This document shows, in pieces, positions 44,749 to 53,450 of a stretch of DNA of 62,290 bases. Within the stretch, counting starts at the first letter, position 1, and every line of letters begins with the position of its first letter. The notes beneath the pieces were generated by a model, which did no database searches, was not told where the DNA came from, and worked only from the letters and a program-made list of their open reading frames with translations. Made by a program: the position numbers and the translations under genes. The stretch comes from a virus (lineage: Duplodnaviria > Caudoviricetes), in the IMG/VR virus record IMGVR_UViG_3300005529_000038, positions 1 through 62,290 of that record; one strand, written 5' to 3'.

Positions 44749-45976
44749 TCCCGCCACGCTGGCGGACGGGGCCGAGCTCTGCGCGTTCGACGCCACCACC
44801 GGCGCGCCGATCGTCAACACCGTCGAGAACATCGATTTCGTCGACTATGCCGAGTGGTGCCGATGGTGGCAGCTCGAGGACACGGTGCCGGAATTCACCT
44901 GGTACCGCATCAATGGCGGCACGCTGCTGTTTCGCGAGCAGAGCATCTGGCGCAACGGCACGAACGTCTGCCACGTCCGCGATCTCGTCATCGGCGATGT
45001 GATCTATGACGATCATGACCACGACGTCACGATCACGTCGATCGATGCGGTCGAAGATCGAACGATCAACTGGTACCGCTTCGACGTCTCCGGCGATCAC
45101 TCCTACATCGTCGACGGCATCACGGTGCACAACGCCTCGCGGTTCTGGGTTGGCGGCACCGGCACCTGGGATTCCTCCACCACGACGCATTGGGCGTCGA
45201 CCACGGGCGGCACCGGCGGCCAGTCGGTGCCTGGCTCGGCCGACACCGCCACGCTTGACGGATCGAGCGGCGGCGGCACGGTGACGATGAATTTCGGCGG
45301 CACCGTCACGATCCAGTCGCTGACCATGGGCGCCTTCACCGGCACCTGGGACAACAGCGTCAACAACAACAATTTCACGCTGAGTACGGCCTTCACGGGC
45401 AGCGGCACCGCGACCCGGACGTTCAAGATGGGGAGCGCCACCTATAACCTCACCGGCACGGCCGGCGCCGTCTTCAACTTCAACTTGGTGACCGGTCTGA
45501 CGCTGACCGCCGGCTCGGAGACCTGGGCGATCGGCGGCGTGGCACAGGGAGGCCGATCGCTCATCACACCGTCGGCTGCGGCATCGTTCGGCAATCTCAC
45601 CATCAATTCCGGGGCGGGGCTTGTCCAGCTCAACAATCAGGGTGCCACGACCTTTGCTGCGATCACGATCAACAGCGGCGTCACCCTCTACTCCAACACT
45701 GGCACGGTGAATGCGACCTCGCTGACCGTGACAGGGACGGCGGCATCGCCGTGCCTCATCGAGGGCGGCACGCAAGGGACGCAGTCGACCTTTAGCGTGA
45801 CCAGCGGGACGCAAACGCTCAAATGGGCCGGGATACGCGACGTGGTCTTCACCGGCGGTGCGACCTTCGTCGGCAGCGACTGCTTCGATCTCGGCCACAA
45901 TTCCGGCATCACGATCACCCCTCCAGCCGGCCTTGCGCCGGCGCCGATGGTGGTCCGGGCCGGGGCACCCTACTGA
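44705..45976 (+). CDS. Virion protein with N-terminal Hint domain and Gly/Thr-rich beta-repeat body
   Basis: QVLTPTG...YRFDVSGDHSYIVDGITVHN/A followed by SRFWVGGTGTWD. Confidence 0.75.
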   Translation: MRGQMQVLTPTGYVDPATLADGAELCAFDATTGAPIVNTVENIDFVDYAEWCRWWQLEDTVPEFTWYRINGGTLLFREQSIWRNGTNVCHVRDLVIGDVIYDDHDHDVTITSIDAVEDRTINWYRFDVSGDHSYIVDGITVHNASRFWVGGTGTWDSSTTTHWASTTGGTGGQSVPGSADTATLDGSSGGGTVTMNFGGTVTIQSLTMGAFTGTWDNSVNNNNFTLSTAFTGSGTATRTFKMGSATYNLTGTAGAVFNFNLVTGLTLTAGSETWAIGGVAQGGRSLITPSAAASFGNLTINSGAGLVQLNNQGATTFAAITINSGVTLYSNTGTVNATSLTVTGTAASPCLIEGGTQGTQSTFSVTSGTQTLKWAGIRDVVFTGGATFVGSDCFDLGHNSGITITPPAGLAPAPMVVRAGAPY

Positions 45977-45989
45977 AAGGAAACGAACG

Positions 45990-46493
45990 ATGCGCTTTCT
46001 GATGAACAACGGGCCGATGCAGACCACCGCGGCGCCGTCGTCGGTGACGACCAGCGCGGCGATCAAGACGCTGATGCAATTCAAGCCGCTCGTCCCCTGC
46101 AAGATCATCGAGTGGGGCATCTCATTTGACGGCTCGGCCGCGGCGACGCCCGGCAAGGTCGAGCTGATCGAAACCGACGTGGCGGCAACGGTGACTGCCT
46201 TCGTCAACAACGACATCACCAAGTATGATGGTGAGGCACTGCAATTCGGCGATCCGACGTCAAACTATATTTCGGTCGGCACGTCGGCCTCCGGCTACAC
46301 CGCCACCGTCGAAGGCTCGACCACGGCGGTGCGCGATCTCGACGGACCGCAGCTGATCGCCCCGACCAGCCAGTTCGTCAAGCAATTCCCGCTCGGCCGT
46401 GAGCCGCTTGTCCAGGCCAACAAATTCGCGCGCGTCCGCGTCACCTTCGGGTCGGCGATCAACGCCTACACCTACATGATCGTGGAATTCTGA
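45990..46493 (+). CDS. Putative virion structural protein
   Basis: IIEWGISFDG, VKQFPLGREP; late operon. Confidence 0.6.
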   Translation: MRFLMNNGPMQTTAAPSSVTTSAAIKTLMQFKPLVPCKIIEWGISFDGSAAATPGKVELIETDVAATVTAFVNNDITKYDGEALQFGDPTSNYISVGTSASGYTATVEGSTTAVRDLDGPQLIAPTSQFVKQFPLGREPLVQANKFARVRVTFGSAINAYTYMIVEF

Positions 46494-46496
46494 GCC

Positions 46497-47501
46497 GTGG
46501 CGATCTTCGGCCGCGCCTATCCCAGCCAAGCGGCCGTCAAGATCCTGCGGCCGGTCAGTGGTGGCACGACCTACGACAATTCGATCAGCCTTGGCGTCGT
46601 CGCCGGCATCGCGACCGCCGACACGGTCGACGCGGCCGCCGCAGCCAGCTTGAACACCGTCATGGGCGATGCGGCCGCCGCCTTCGTCGGCGCGCCTGGC
46701 GCAGCCAGCTTCAACGTCGTGGCCGGATTGAGCGAGGCCTGCTCGGTTGGCGCCGCGGGCGCGGCGAGCTTCAATGTGGTGGCCGGCTTTGCGCCGGCCG
46801 TCACGGCCGATGCCGTCGGCGCGGTCTCCATCAATACCGTCGCAAGCCTGTCCGAGGCGGCAACCCTGGACGCGCCGGCCAGCGTCGCCCTTGGCGTCGT
46901 GGTCGGGGTTGCGGCGTCCGGTTCCGTCAGCGTCGAGCTGGCAATGGCCCTGGGAGCCGTTTTAGGGGCCGTGGATGGGGCATCCGTCGACGCGGTAGGG
47001 AGCAGCGACCTTGGCTTGGCGCTGGCACAGGGCGCCGCGGCGGGCCAGCTGGTCGACGTTTCGATCGCGATCGGACTTGGCGTCGGGTTTACCCCGGCGG
47101 CCAGCGTCACCATCGAGGGCACCGTGAGCCTGCCGGTGGCGGTCGGTGCGGCGTCCGGCGCCGCGGTTGGCGCCTCCGCAAGTGCGGCCTTCACGGCGGT
47201 CCTCAGCATGGGGGACGGGGCTTCGATCGACGCCGCCGCGGCGATCTCGCTGGCAGCCAGCATCGCCGCGGGCATGGTCGGGCACATCCAAGCGCCGTTC
47301 CCGGTCGGCTCGACCGTCACCCTGCAGGGCACGGTAAGCAATCTTTTGCAGCTCGCCGGTATCAAGGCGGACACCGCGGCCGTCCAGGGAACAGTAAGCA
47401 ATCTTTCGCAGGTAGCCGGTATCAAGGCAGGCACCACCACGGCAAACGGCATCATGGCGGTCACGGTCACGGTTGCGGGACAGACCGACCGCCTCAACTG
47501 A
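46497..47501 (+). CDS. Ala/Val/Gly-rich repeat structural protein
   Basis: About 21-aa periodic repeats; 60-bp duplicated unit at 47325/47385. Confidence 0.6.
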   Translation: MAIFGRAYPSQAAVKILRPVSGGTTYDNSISLGVVAGIATADTVDAAAAASLNTVMGDAAAAFVGAPGAASFNVVAGLSEACSVGAAGAASFNVVAGFAPAVTADAVGAVSINTVASLSEAATLDAPASVALGVVVGVAASGSVSVELAMALGAVLGAVDGASVDAVGSSDLGLALAQGAAAGQLVDVSIAIGLGVGFTPAASVTIEGTVSLPVAVGAASGAAVGASASAAFTAVLSMGDGASIDAAAAISLAASIAAGMVGHIQAPFPVGSTVTLQGTVSNLLQLAGIKADTAAVQGTVSNLSQVAGIKAGTTTANGIMAVTVTVAGQTDRLN

Positions 47502-47517
47502 AGCGGAGAAAATTAAC

Positions 47518-48078
47518 ATGCAGAACATCCAAGGCTCCGACTTCGGCCTCGAGGCCAGCGCCGGGCTCGATGCGGGCGCCACCGGACGGCACGGCATCAC
47601 CTTCAAGAACGTCTACAAATTCGAGGCCTATGATGCCGATGGCAACCTGAAATGGACCGAGGAAGCCGAGAACACCGTCGTCAATGTCGGGCTCAACGAC
47701 GTCCTGACCAACTATCTGAAGGGCTCGAGCTACACCGCGTCATTCTTCGTCGGCCTCAAGGACAATGGCAGCATCGCGGCCGCCGACACCATGAGTTCGC
47801 ACGCCGGCTGGACCGAGGACACCACCTATTCGAATTCGACCCGGCCGGCGCTGACGCTCGGCTCGGTCGCCTCGCAATCGGTGGACAATTCGGCGAGCAA
47901 GGCGGTGTTCAACATCAACGGCTCGACCACGATCTATGGCGCCTTCATCACGACGTCGTCGACCAAGGGCGGCACCACCGGCGTGCTGTTCGGCGCCGCC
48001 GACTTCGGCGCGAGCCGCGCGCTGCTGTCTGGCGATACGCTCAACGTCACCTGCACCCTGACCGCGAGCTCGAGCTGA
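47518..48078 (+). CDS. Putative fibre/structural protein
   Basis: ENTVVNVGLN, FNINGSTTIYGAF, GDTLNVT. Confidence 0.65.
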   Translation: MQNIQGSDFGLEASAGLDAGATGRHGITFKNVYKFEAYDADGNLKWTEEAENTVVNVGLNDVLTNYLKGSSYTASFFVGLKDNGSIAAADTMSSHAGWTEDTTYSNSTRPALTLGSVASQSVDNSASKAVFNINGSTTIYGAFITTSSTKGGTTGVLFGAADFGASRALLSGDTLNVTCTLTASSS

Positions 48079-48461
48079 TGCCGGCAACTGACCAGTCTGT
48101 CGAGATTTGGGCCGGTGACAGCTTCACGATCCGGATTCCGATCCTGGACGCCAACGGCGCCAAGGTCGATCTGGCGAGCGCGCAATCGGCCAAATGGTGG
48201 ATGGGCAAGAGCGCGAAGGCGATCGGCACCGACGTCTATCTGAAAAAGGCGCTGACATCGGGCGTGGTGCTCGACAACGAAACCGACGCATGGGTGATGG
48301 TGATCACGCTTAACCCGGCCGACACCGAGACGGGCGTCGGCTCCAACCCGAAGCCGGGCACGTACTACCATGAGGCCGAGATCATCGACGCCGACGGCAA
48401 CATCTCGACGGTCACGACAGGGCAGTTCACGATCCATCCGACCATTGTGAGGAACCCGTAA
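48078..48461 (+). CDS. BppU-like Ig-fold structural protein
   Basis: GDS..I.I.D.NG..VDL, ITLNPADT, YYHEAE, TVTTG. Confidence 0.6.
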   Translation: MPATDQSVEIWAGDSFTIRIPILDANGAKVDLASAQSAKWWMGKSAKAIGTDVYLKKALTSGVVLDNETDAWVMVITLNPADTETGVGSNPKPGTYYHEAEIIDADGNISTVTTGQFTIHPTIVRNP

Positions 48462-48462
48462 C

Positions 48463-48882
48463 ATGGCGATCGATCTCGACACGGTCCGCGTCCTGGTCGG
48501 CGATGCCGACCCCGACACGCAATTGCTCGACGACGATTCGATGACGTTCGCCATCGGCGACATCTCGACCACATATGCGGCCGCCGCCGCGGTCGCGCGC
48601 GCCATCGCCGCCAAGTTCTCGCGCAAGGTCGACTTCAGCCTCGAGGGCCTGCGCTTTTCGAATTCGCAGAAGGCCAAGGCCTATCTCGAGCTGGCGCAGC
48701 GGCTCGACGTGCAATCCAACAACAGCGACTCGAGCGCAATCGGCGTCGTCATCACCGGCACATCGCTGGGCGACATGAACAGCGTGCAGCAGGATTCGGA
48801 TCGGCCGCGCGACCTATTCGAAGTCGGCATGCAGCAAGATCCCGCGGTGCGCGGCGGCTCAGATGCGGACTATGACGCATGA
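48463..48882 (+). CDS. Head-tail adaptor
   Basis: VRVLVGD.D...LLDD, AAA.ARAIAAKFSRKVD. Confidence 0.7.
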   Translation: MAIDLDTVRVLVGDADPDTQLLDDDSMTFAIGDISTTYAAAAAVARAIAAKFSRKVDFSLEGLRFSNSQKAKAYLELAQRLDVQSNNSDSSAIGVVITGTSLGDMNSVQQDSDRPRDLFEVGMQQDPAVRGGSDADYDA

Positions 48883-49247
48883 CGCTGGCCACCGACCTGC
48901 AGGACGATATCGCGGAGCTGCTCGACGATCCCGACGTCGGCCGGGCGATCGTGATCTCGCGCGCCGCCCCTGGCGCCTATGATCCGTCGACCGGCGCGGT
49001 GACGCCGGCGACGCCGCAGACCTGGCGCACCCAAGGCCTGTTCCTCAATTACAAGGATACGCTGATCGATGGCACCAACATCAAGCGTGGCGATCGGCGG
49101 CTCTACTTCAAGATCAAGGGCCTGACCTATCAGGCGGCGATCGACGACATCGTCATCGCCGGCAGCGATATCTACACTGTGATCAACTTCAACACCATCG
49201 AGCTCGGTGGCACCGTCGTCATCTTCATCATGCAGGTGCGCAAATGA
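48879..49247 (+). CDS. Head closure/stopper protein
   Basis: GAYDPSTG, IDGTNIKRGD, terminal QVRK. Confidence 0.7.
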   Translation: MTLATDLQDDIAELLDDPDVGRAIVISRAAPGAYDPSTGAVTPATPQTWRTQGLFLNYKDTLIDGTNIKRGDRRLYFKIKGLTYQAAIDDIVIAGSDIYTVINFNTIELGGTVVIFIMQVRK

Positions 49248-50044
49248 CCACCAAGCCATGGCTGGCGCCCGACATCGCGCAATCGATCAGCAGCGGCAAT
49301 CCGGCGCCATGGCTGGCGCCTGATCTTGCCAGAGCGATCCGCACCAAGGCGCCGCCATCTTGGATTGCGCCGGACATCGCCAATGATATCGTCGAGGCAG
49401 GCATAAGCAGCGGCACCTTTCCACCCGCTGACGCGCTGGTCGCGTTGGATTTTGTGAACGGCCAATACTACGCCGGCGGGACAGTTGCCCTTGCGGGTGT
49501 CATCGATCAGACGGCCTACGTTCACGATGGGGCGTTGAACCTGCGATCGACCGACGTCGCGGCCCAGATCATCGGCGCCGCCGCTACGCCCCTGCTGGAT
49601 TTGCGAACCGGGTGGACCGTCGTCGTTGATCTTGAGGGCGTCGATATATCGCGGGACATGGGAGGCGCGGCGATAGCGGTCGGCGACGCAAGCGACAATG
49701 ATTTTCTGGACATCAACGGTCGCACGACGGGCACTGGAACAAATTGGACATTTGAGCGGGACGGTGGTCCCGACGTCCTCTTTGCGGTAACGCCGGCCGT
49801 CAACGTTGCCACAACGCGAGTGAAGATCGCCGCGACCTACACCGATGCCAAGATATCGATCTCGGTCAACGGCTCCGATGTATCGTCCGAGAGCACGGCG
49901 ATCCCGGTCACGCCGCAAACTTCCGTGGTCTATCTCGGCAACTACATCAACAATTCCAATAGCGACCAGAACCTCAAGTTCTATTCGGTCGTCGTGTATG
50001 CGCCGAAGGATGACGCTGATCTCGCTGCGTTGAGTGCGCCCTGA
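49244..50044 (+). CDS. Lectin/LamG-like virion protein with N-terminal PWLAPDIA repeats
   Basis: Three PW(L/I)APD(I/L)A repeats; LDFVNGQYY; KIAATY...SVNG. Confidence 0.6.
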   Translation: MTTKPWLAPDIAQSISSGNPAPWLAPDLARAIRTKAPPSWIAPDIANDIVEAGISSGTFPPADALVALDFVNGQYYAGGTVALAGVIDQTAYVHDGALNLRSTDVAAQIIGAAATPLLDLRTGWTVVVDLEGVDISRDMGGAAIAVGDASDNDFLDINGRTTGTGTNWTFERDGGPDVLFAVTPAVNVATTRVKIAATYTDAKISISVNGSDVSSESTAIPVTPQTSVVYLGNYINNSNSDQNLKFYSVVVYAPKDDADLAALSAP

Positions 50045-50072
50045 TGCTGGAAGAACGTTATGAGGTGACGCG

Positions 50073-51146
50073 ATGACTGCCAAGCCCTGGATAGCCCCAG
50101 ACATCGCGCGATCGATCGCAACCGGCACGCCGGCGCCATGGCTGGCGCCGGACATCGCTGCGGCAATCCGAAGTAAGGCACCGGCGCCCTGGATCGCGCC
50201 GGACATCGCCGGCGACATCATCGAGGACGCGCCGGGCGGGGATGCCGCTGTTGCGCCGTCCAACAGCGCCGCGCCATCGATCAGCGGCACCGCAGCGATC
50301 GGCCAGACGCTGACCTGCGATCCTGGCACCTGGGACGGCACCGCGCCGATCGATTACGCCTATCAATGGAAGGTCTCCGGCGGCGCCGACATCGGTGGCG
50401 CGACGGCCAGCACCTTCGTGCTGACGTCGGCGCAGTTCAACAAGCAGATCGTCTGCACCGTCACCGCGTCCAACACGGCCGGCAGCGCGTCGGCTGCGAC
50501 CGATCCGACCAGCGCGGTGACTGGCACCAAGAGCTATGTGCAGGGCAAGCTGCACGCCAATGGCGCTAGCTCCGTTGACAATGTGAGTGTGACGTTTGAC
50601 GCTGCCGTGCAGAGTCACAGCTCAATCTTGGTCTCGGTCGGGTTTGCCTCCGGCACCGGGGCTGTCAGCAGCATCACGGACGACAAGGGCAACACCTATG
50701 GTCTGCTCGACTCGACCGTAACGTCTGATAGCAGCTACACCTGGGCAACGGCCATCGCCACAGACGTTGCCAACGCCCCATCGATGGTCACCGCGACGCT
50801 CGATGGCGCGCACAACTTCGTCACCATCATGATCGATGAGGTGGCATATGCCACGGCCGTCAGAAGCCACGCGGCGCACACAAGCAACGGCATCGGCAAC
50901 GGCACCGATGCGGTGACGTCGACCAGCGTCGCTGCTCAGATCGGGGACTTTGTCTACGGGTCAGCCGTCGACGCTTCCAGCACCGGTATCCACCCCGGTA
51001 CTGGTTTCACCATGGGCCAACTCACCTCGTCGACGTTCATCTCAGAGTACAAGACCGCCGCGGGAACGACGGTCGCTGCGACGTTTACGGCTGATGCCGG
51101 CGACGTGTCGGATAATCTGGTCGCCGCCGTGGTGGTGCTGCACTGA
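50073..51146 (+). CDS. Virion protein with PWLAPDIA repeats and Ig-like domain
   Basis: Same N-terminus as the preceding gene; PSISGTA..GQTLTC..GTW...YAYQW. Confidence 0.65.
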   Translation: MTAKPWIAPDIARSIATGTPAPWLAPDIAAAIRSKAPAPWIAPDIAGDIIEDAPGGDAAVAPSNSAAPSISGTAAIGQTLTCDPGTWDGTAPIDYAYQWKVSGGADIGGATASTFVLTSAQFNKQIVCTVTASNTAGSASAATDPTSAVTGTKSYVQGKLHANGASSVDNVSVTFDAAVQSHSSILVSVGFASGTGAVSSITDDKGNTYGLLDSTVTSDSSYTWATAIATDVANAPSMVTATLDGAHNFVTIMIDEVAYATAVRSHAAHTSNGIGNGTDAVTSTSVAAQIGDFVYGSAVDASSTGIHPGTGFTMGQLTSSTFISEYKTAAGTTVAATFTADAGDVSDNLVAAVVVLH

Positions 51147-51559
51147 TGCTCAAGATCGACTTCCCGATCGATGAGATCCTGGCGAACATCGAGGGCGCGC
51201 AAAAGAAGACGCTGCGCTTTGCCACCGAGTTTCTGCAGGACATGAATCAGCACGTCGTCGAGAACACCCCGTTCCTGACCGGCAATCTGCGCGGCTCATG
51301 GTACGCCGGGCTCAATGGCGAGCCCGACGCCGGCAACGGGCCGCCCGATCCGGGCGGCGGCGCGGTGGCGCGGCTCAATCTGACATTGACCGACCTGAAG
51401 CTGGGCGATGTTTATTATGCGGTCAACGGCGCCAACTATGCCGGCTTCGTCGAGTACGGTACCCGACACATGTGGCCGCACAGCTATGTGCGGGTGACCG
51501 TCGGCCTGGCGGCCGTCTATGCCGAAGAGACGGCGGCGCGCATCGCGGCGGAGGATTGA
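51146..51559 (+). CDS. HK97 gp10-like tail completion protein
   Basis: TPFLTGNLRGSW, YAGFVEYGT. Confidence 0.8.
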   Translation: MLKIDFPIDEILANIEGAQKKTLRFATEFLQDMNQHVVENTPFLTGNLRGSWYAGLNGEPDAGNGPPDPGGGAVARLNLTLTDLKLGDVYYAVNGANYAGFVEYGTRHMWPHSYVRVTVGLAAVYAEETAARIAAED

Positions 51560-51560
51560 T

Positions 51561-51974
51561 TTGAGCATCCACCAGGACATTCGCGGCGCGCTGCAAAATG
51601 CCGCCATCGCCGTCCCCGGCTTCCCGCCGTCGGCGCAGCGCGCCTATGACGGGCTGACCTTCACCCCGACACCAAAGACGCCATGGGCGCGGCTGGCGTT
51701 CATGCCGCAGCCATCGCGGCCGTTCGCGATCAAGGGCACCGATCAGCTCATCGGCCTCTTCCAGGTCAGCCTGTTCTACCCGCCGAATCTCGGCACTGCG
51801 ACCGTGGAGGCCATGGCCGATGCGGTGGTCGCGGCCTTCCCGACCGAGACGCCGTTGCTGTTCGGCACCGCCCGCGTGCAGATCCTGTCGAGCGGCCGCG
51901 GGCCCGGCCTGCCGGAGGCCGATTGGTACCAGGTCCCGGTGACGGTTCGCTGGCAGTGTTTAACGGCGTCTTGA
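51561..51974 (+). CDS. Tail terminator-like protein
   Basis: FTP....PW.R, GLFQVSLFYP, WYQVPVTVRW. Confidence 0.75.
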   Translation: MSIHQDIRGALQNAAIAVPGFPPSAQRAYDGLTFTPTPKTPWARLAFMPQPSRPFAIKGTDQLIGLFQVSLFYPPNLGTATVEAMADAVVAAFPTETPLLFGTARVQILSSGRGPGLPEADWYQVPVTVRWQCLTAS

Positions 51975-52062
51975 CGGTTTGCGGGCTATTCCCGGGCCTG
52001 ATCACTGAGCACGAGGCCACAGGAGTGTCATTTGGCCGCCTTCCCTCTAGGAGACTGCCAAC

Positions 52063-52530
52063 ATGGGTACTCCCGGCCTTGTCAATGCCTCGCTTGGGTG
52101 CACGATCGCGATCGGCACCACGGCGACCAACCAGCTCACCGACAGCTACACCGACATCGGCGAAGTCGTCACCATCCCGCCGATCGGTCTGGCCTACGAT
52201 TCGATCAACTTCGCGGCGCTCGCGGACGGCTTCGAACGGTTCTTCAAGTCGATCGGCAAGGGCGGCAACCCGCAAGTCGGTGTCGGCCGCAAGGCCTCGG
52301 ATGCCGGCCAGGCGGCCTGCTTGCTCGCGCTCGCCTCGCATCTCGATTACAACTTCCTGGTCACGCTCAACGATTCGAGCGAAGTGACCGGCAGCCACGG
52401 CACCCAGATTTATTTCAAGGCCAAGGTCATGAGCTACCAGACCGGCCCGTTCACGATCACGTCGGTCGTGATGGCGACGATCCAGCTCGGCATCAACGCC
52501 GCGACCTTCATCGACGTCGCCGCGACCTAA
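52063..52530 (+). CDS. Major tail tube protein
   Basis: YTDIGEV, DAGQ, YNF.VTLND, YFKAKVMS; followed by a terminator. Confidence 0.8.
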   Translation: MGTPGLVNASLGCTIAIGTTATNQLTDSYTDIGEVVTIPPIGLAYDSINFAALADGFERFFKSIGKGGNPQVGVGRKASDAGQAACLLALASHLDYNFLVTLNDSSEVTGSHGTQIYFKAKVMSYQTGPFTITSVVMATIQLGINAATFIDVAAT

Positions 52531-52551
52531 GCCTGATCGATTGACGATATC

Positions 52552-52580
52552 GGGGCCGCGCATGGTGCGCGGCCTCTTTC
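52552..52580 (+). terminator. Probable terminator
   Basis: GGGGCCGCGCA-tgg-TGCGCGGCCTC-TTTC. Confidence 0.6.
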
Positions 52581-52599
52581 GTGAGGAGGAGTGCCCGTC

Positions 52600-53046
52600 A
52601 TGGGTTTTGATCTGAGCGCAGTCGAGACGCGCAAGCACGTTGAGGTCGGCAAGTATTTCCCGATCAAGCACATGGTCACCGGCGAGGTGCTGGTCGACGA
52701 CAAGGGCAAGCCGCTCGAGATTTGCATCTCTGGCGCCGACGCATCCCGCATCAAGAACGCCGTCGAGGCGCGCCAGAAGCAGCGCCGCGCCGCGATCGAA
52801 GCGGCCAAGCCCGGCGAGACGCCGCCCGACTTCAACACCTGGGAGCAGCGCGAGCAGGACATCGTCGACGATCTTGTGCTGCTGACCGAGGGCTGGAGCG
52901 ACAACATCGAGCTCGATGGCAAGCCGTTCCCGTTCTCGAAAGAAAACGCCGCGATCCTCTACCAGCGCTTTCCGGAAATTGCGCAGCAGATGGTGGCCCA
53001 CGCGACCGACCGCGTGAATTTTATGCCGGCCTCGTCCAAGAAATAG
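52600..53046 (+). CDS. Tail assembly chaperone (G)
   Basis: Between the tube and tape measure genes; GWS..ELDG...FSKENA..LY...P; ends DRVNF. Confidence 0.8.
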   Translation: MGFDLSAVETRKHVEVGKYFPIKHMVTGEVLVDDKGKPLEICISGADASRIKNAVEARQKQRRAAIEAAKPGETPPDFNTWEQREQDIVDDLVLLTEGWSDNIELDGKPFPFSKENAAILYQRFPEIAQQMVAHATDRVNFMPASSKK

Positions 53047-53450
53047 TCGACTTCGCTGAGGCCGAAACCCTCCGGGCGCTGGGCCATGGCGATCTGATCG
53101 CCTGGCAACCCAAGACCCCGCGCCCTGAGCTTCGACAAATCTGGCGGTGGTTCTGCCACCTTGACGAATTCCGGGACCGGCCGCGGTTGACCGCGCCGAC
53201 AAACACGCCCGATGGACGCCTTGCCTGGCAGGTGCAGGCCCACACCAAGCGCCTGCAGCCCACCGAGATCCTGGCTTGGAGCCAGCTCGCGGCCGTCAGG
53301 CTCGAGCCATGGCACCTCGCCGCGCTGGCCTTGATTGACGATTTCTTCGTCCGGACAAGCAATGATCCGCCCAAGCCCCAGGTCCGTGCTACCGCGGAGG
53401 GGCTGAAGACGATGTTCAAGATGCTGGCGAAGGGCAGGAAATCGAAATGA
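53016..53450 (+). CDS. Tail assembly chaperone frameshift extension (GT)
   Basis: Open -1 frame with no start of its own; IWRWF..L, EILAWSQL, IDD.F. Confidence 0.65.
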   Translation, partial: EFYAGLVQEIVDFAEAETLRALGHGDLIAWQPKTPRPELRQIWRWFCHLDEFRDRPRLTAPTNTPDGRLAWQVQAHTKRLQPTEILAWSQLAAVRLEPWHLAALALIDDFFVRTSNDPPKPQVRATAEGLKTMFKMLAKGRKSK

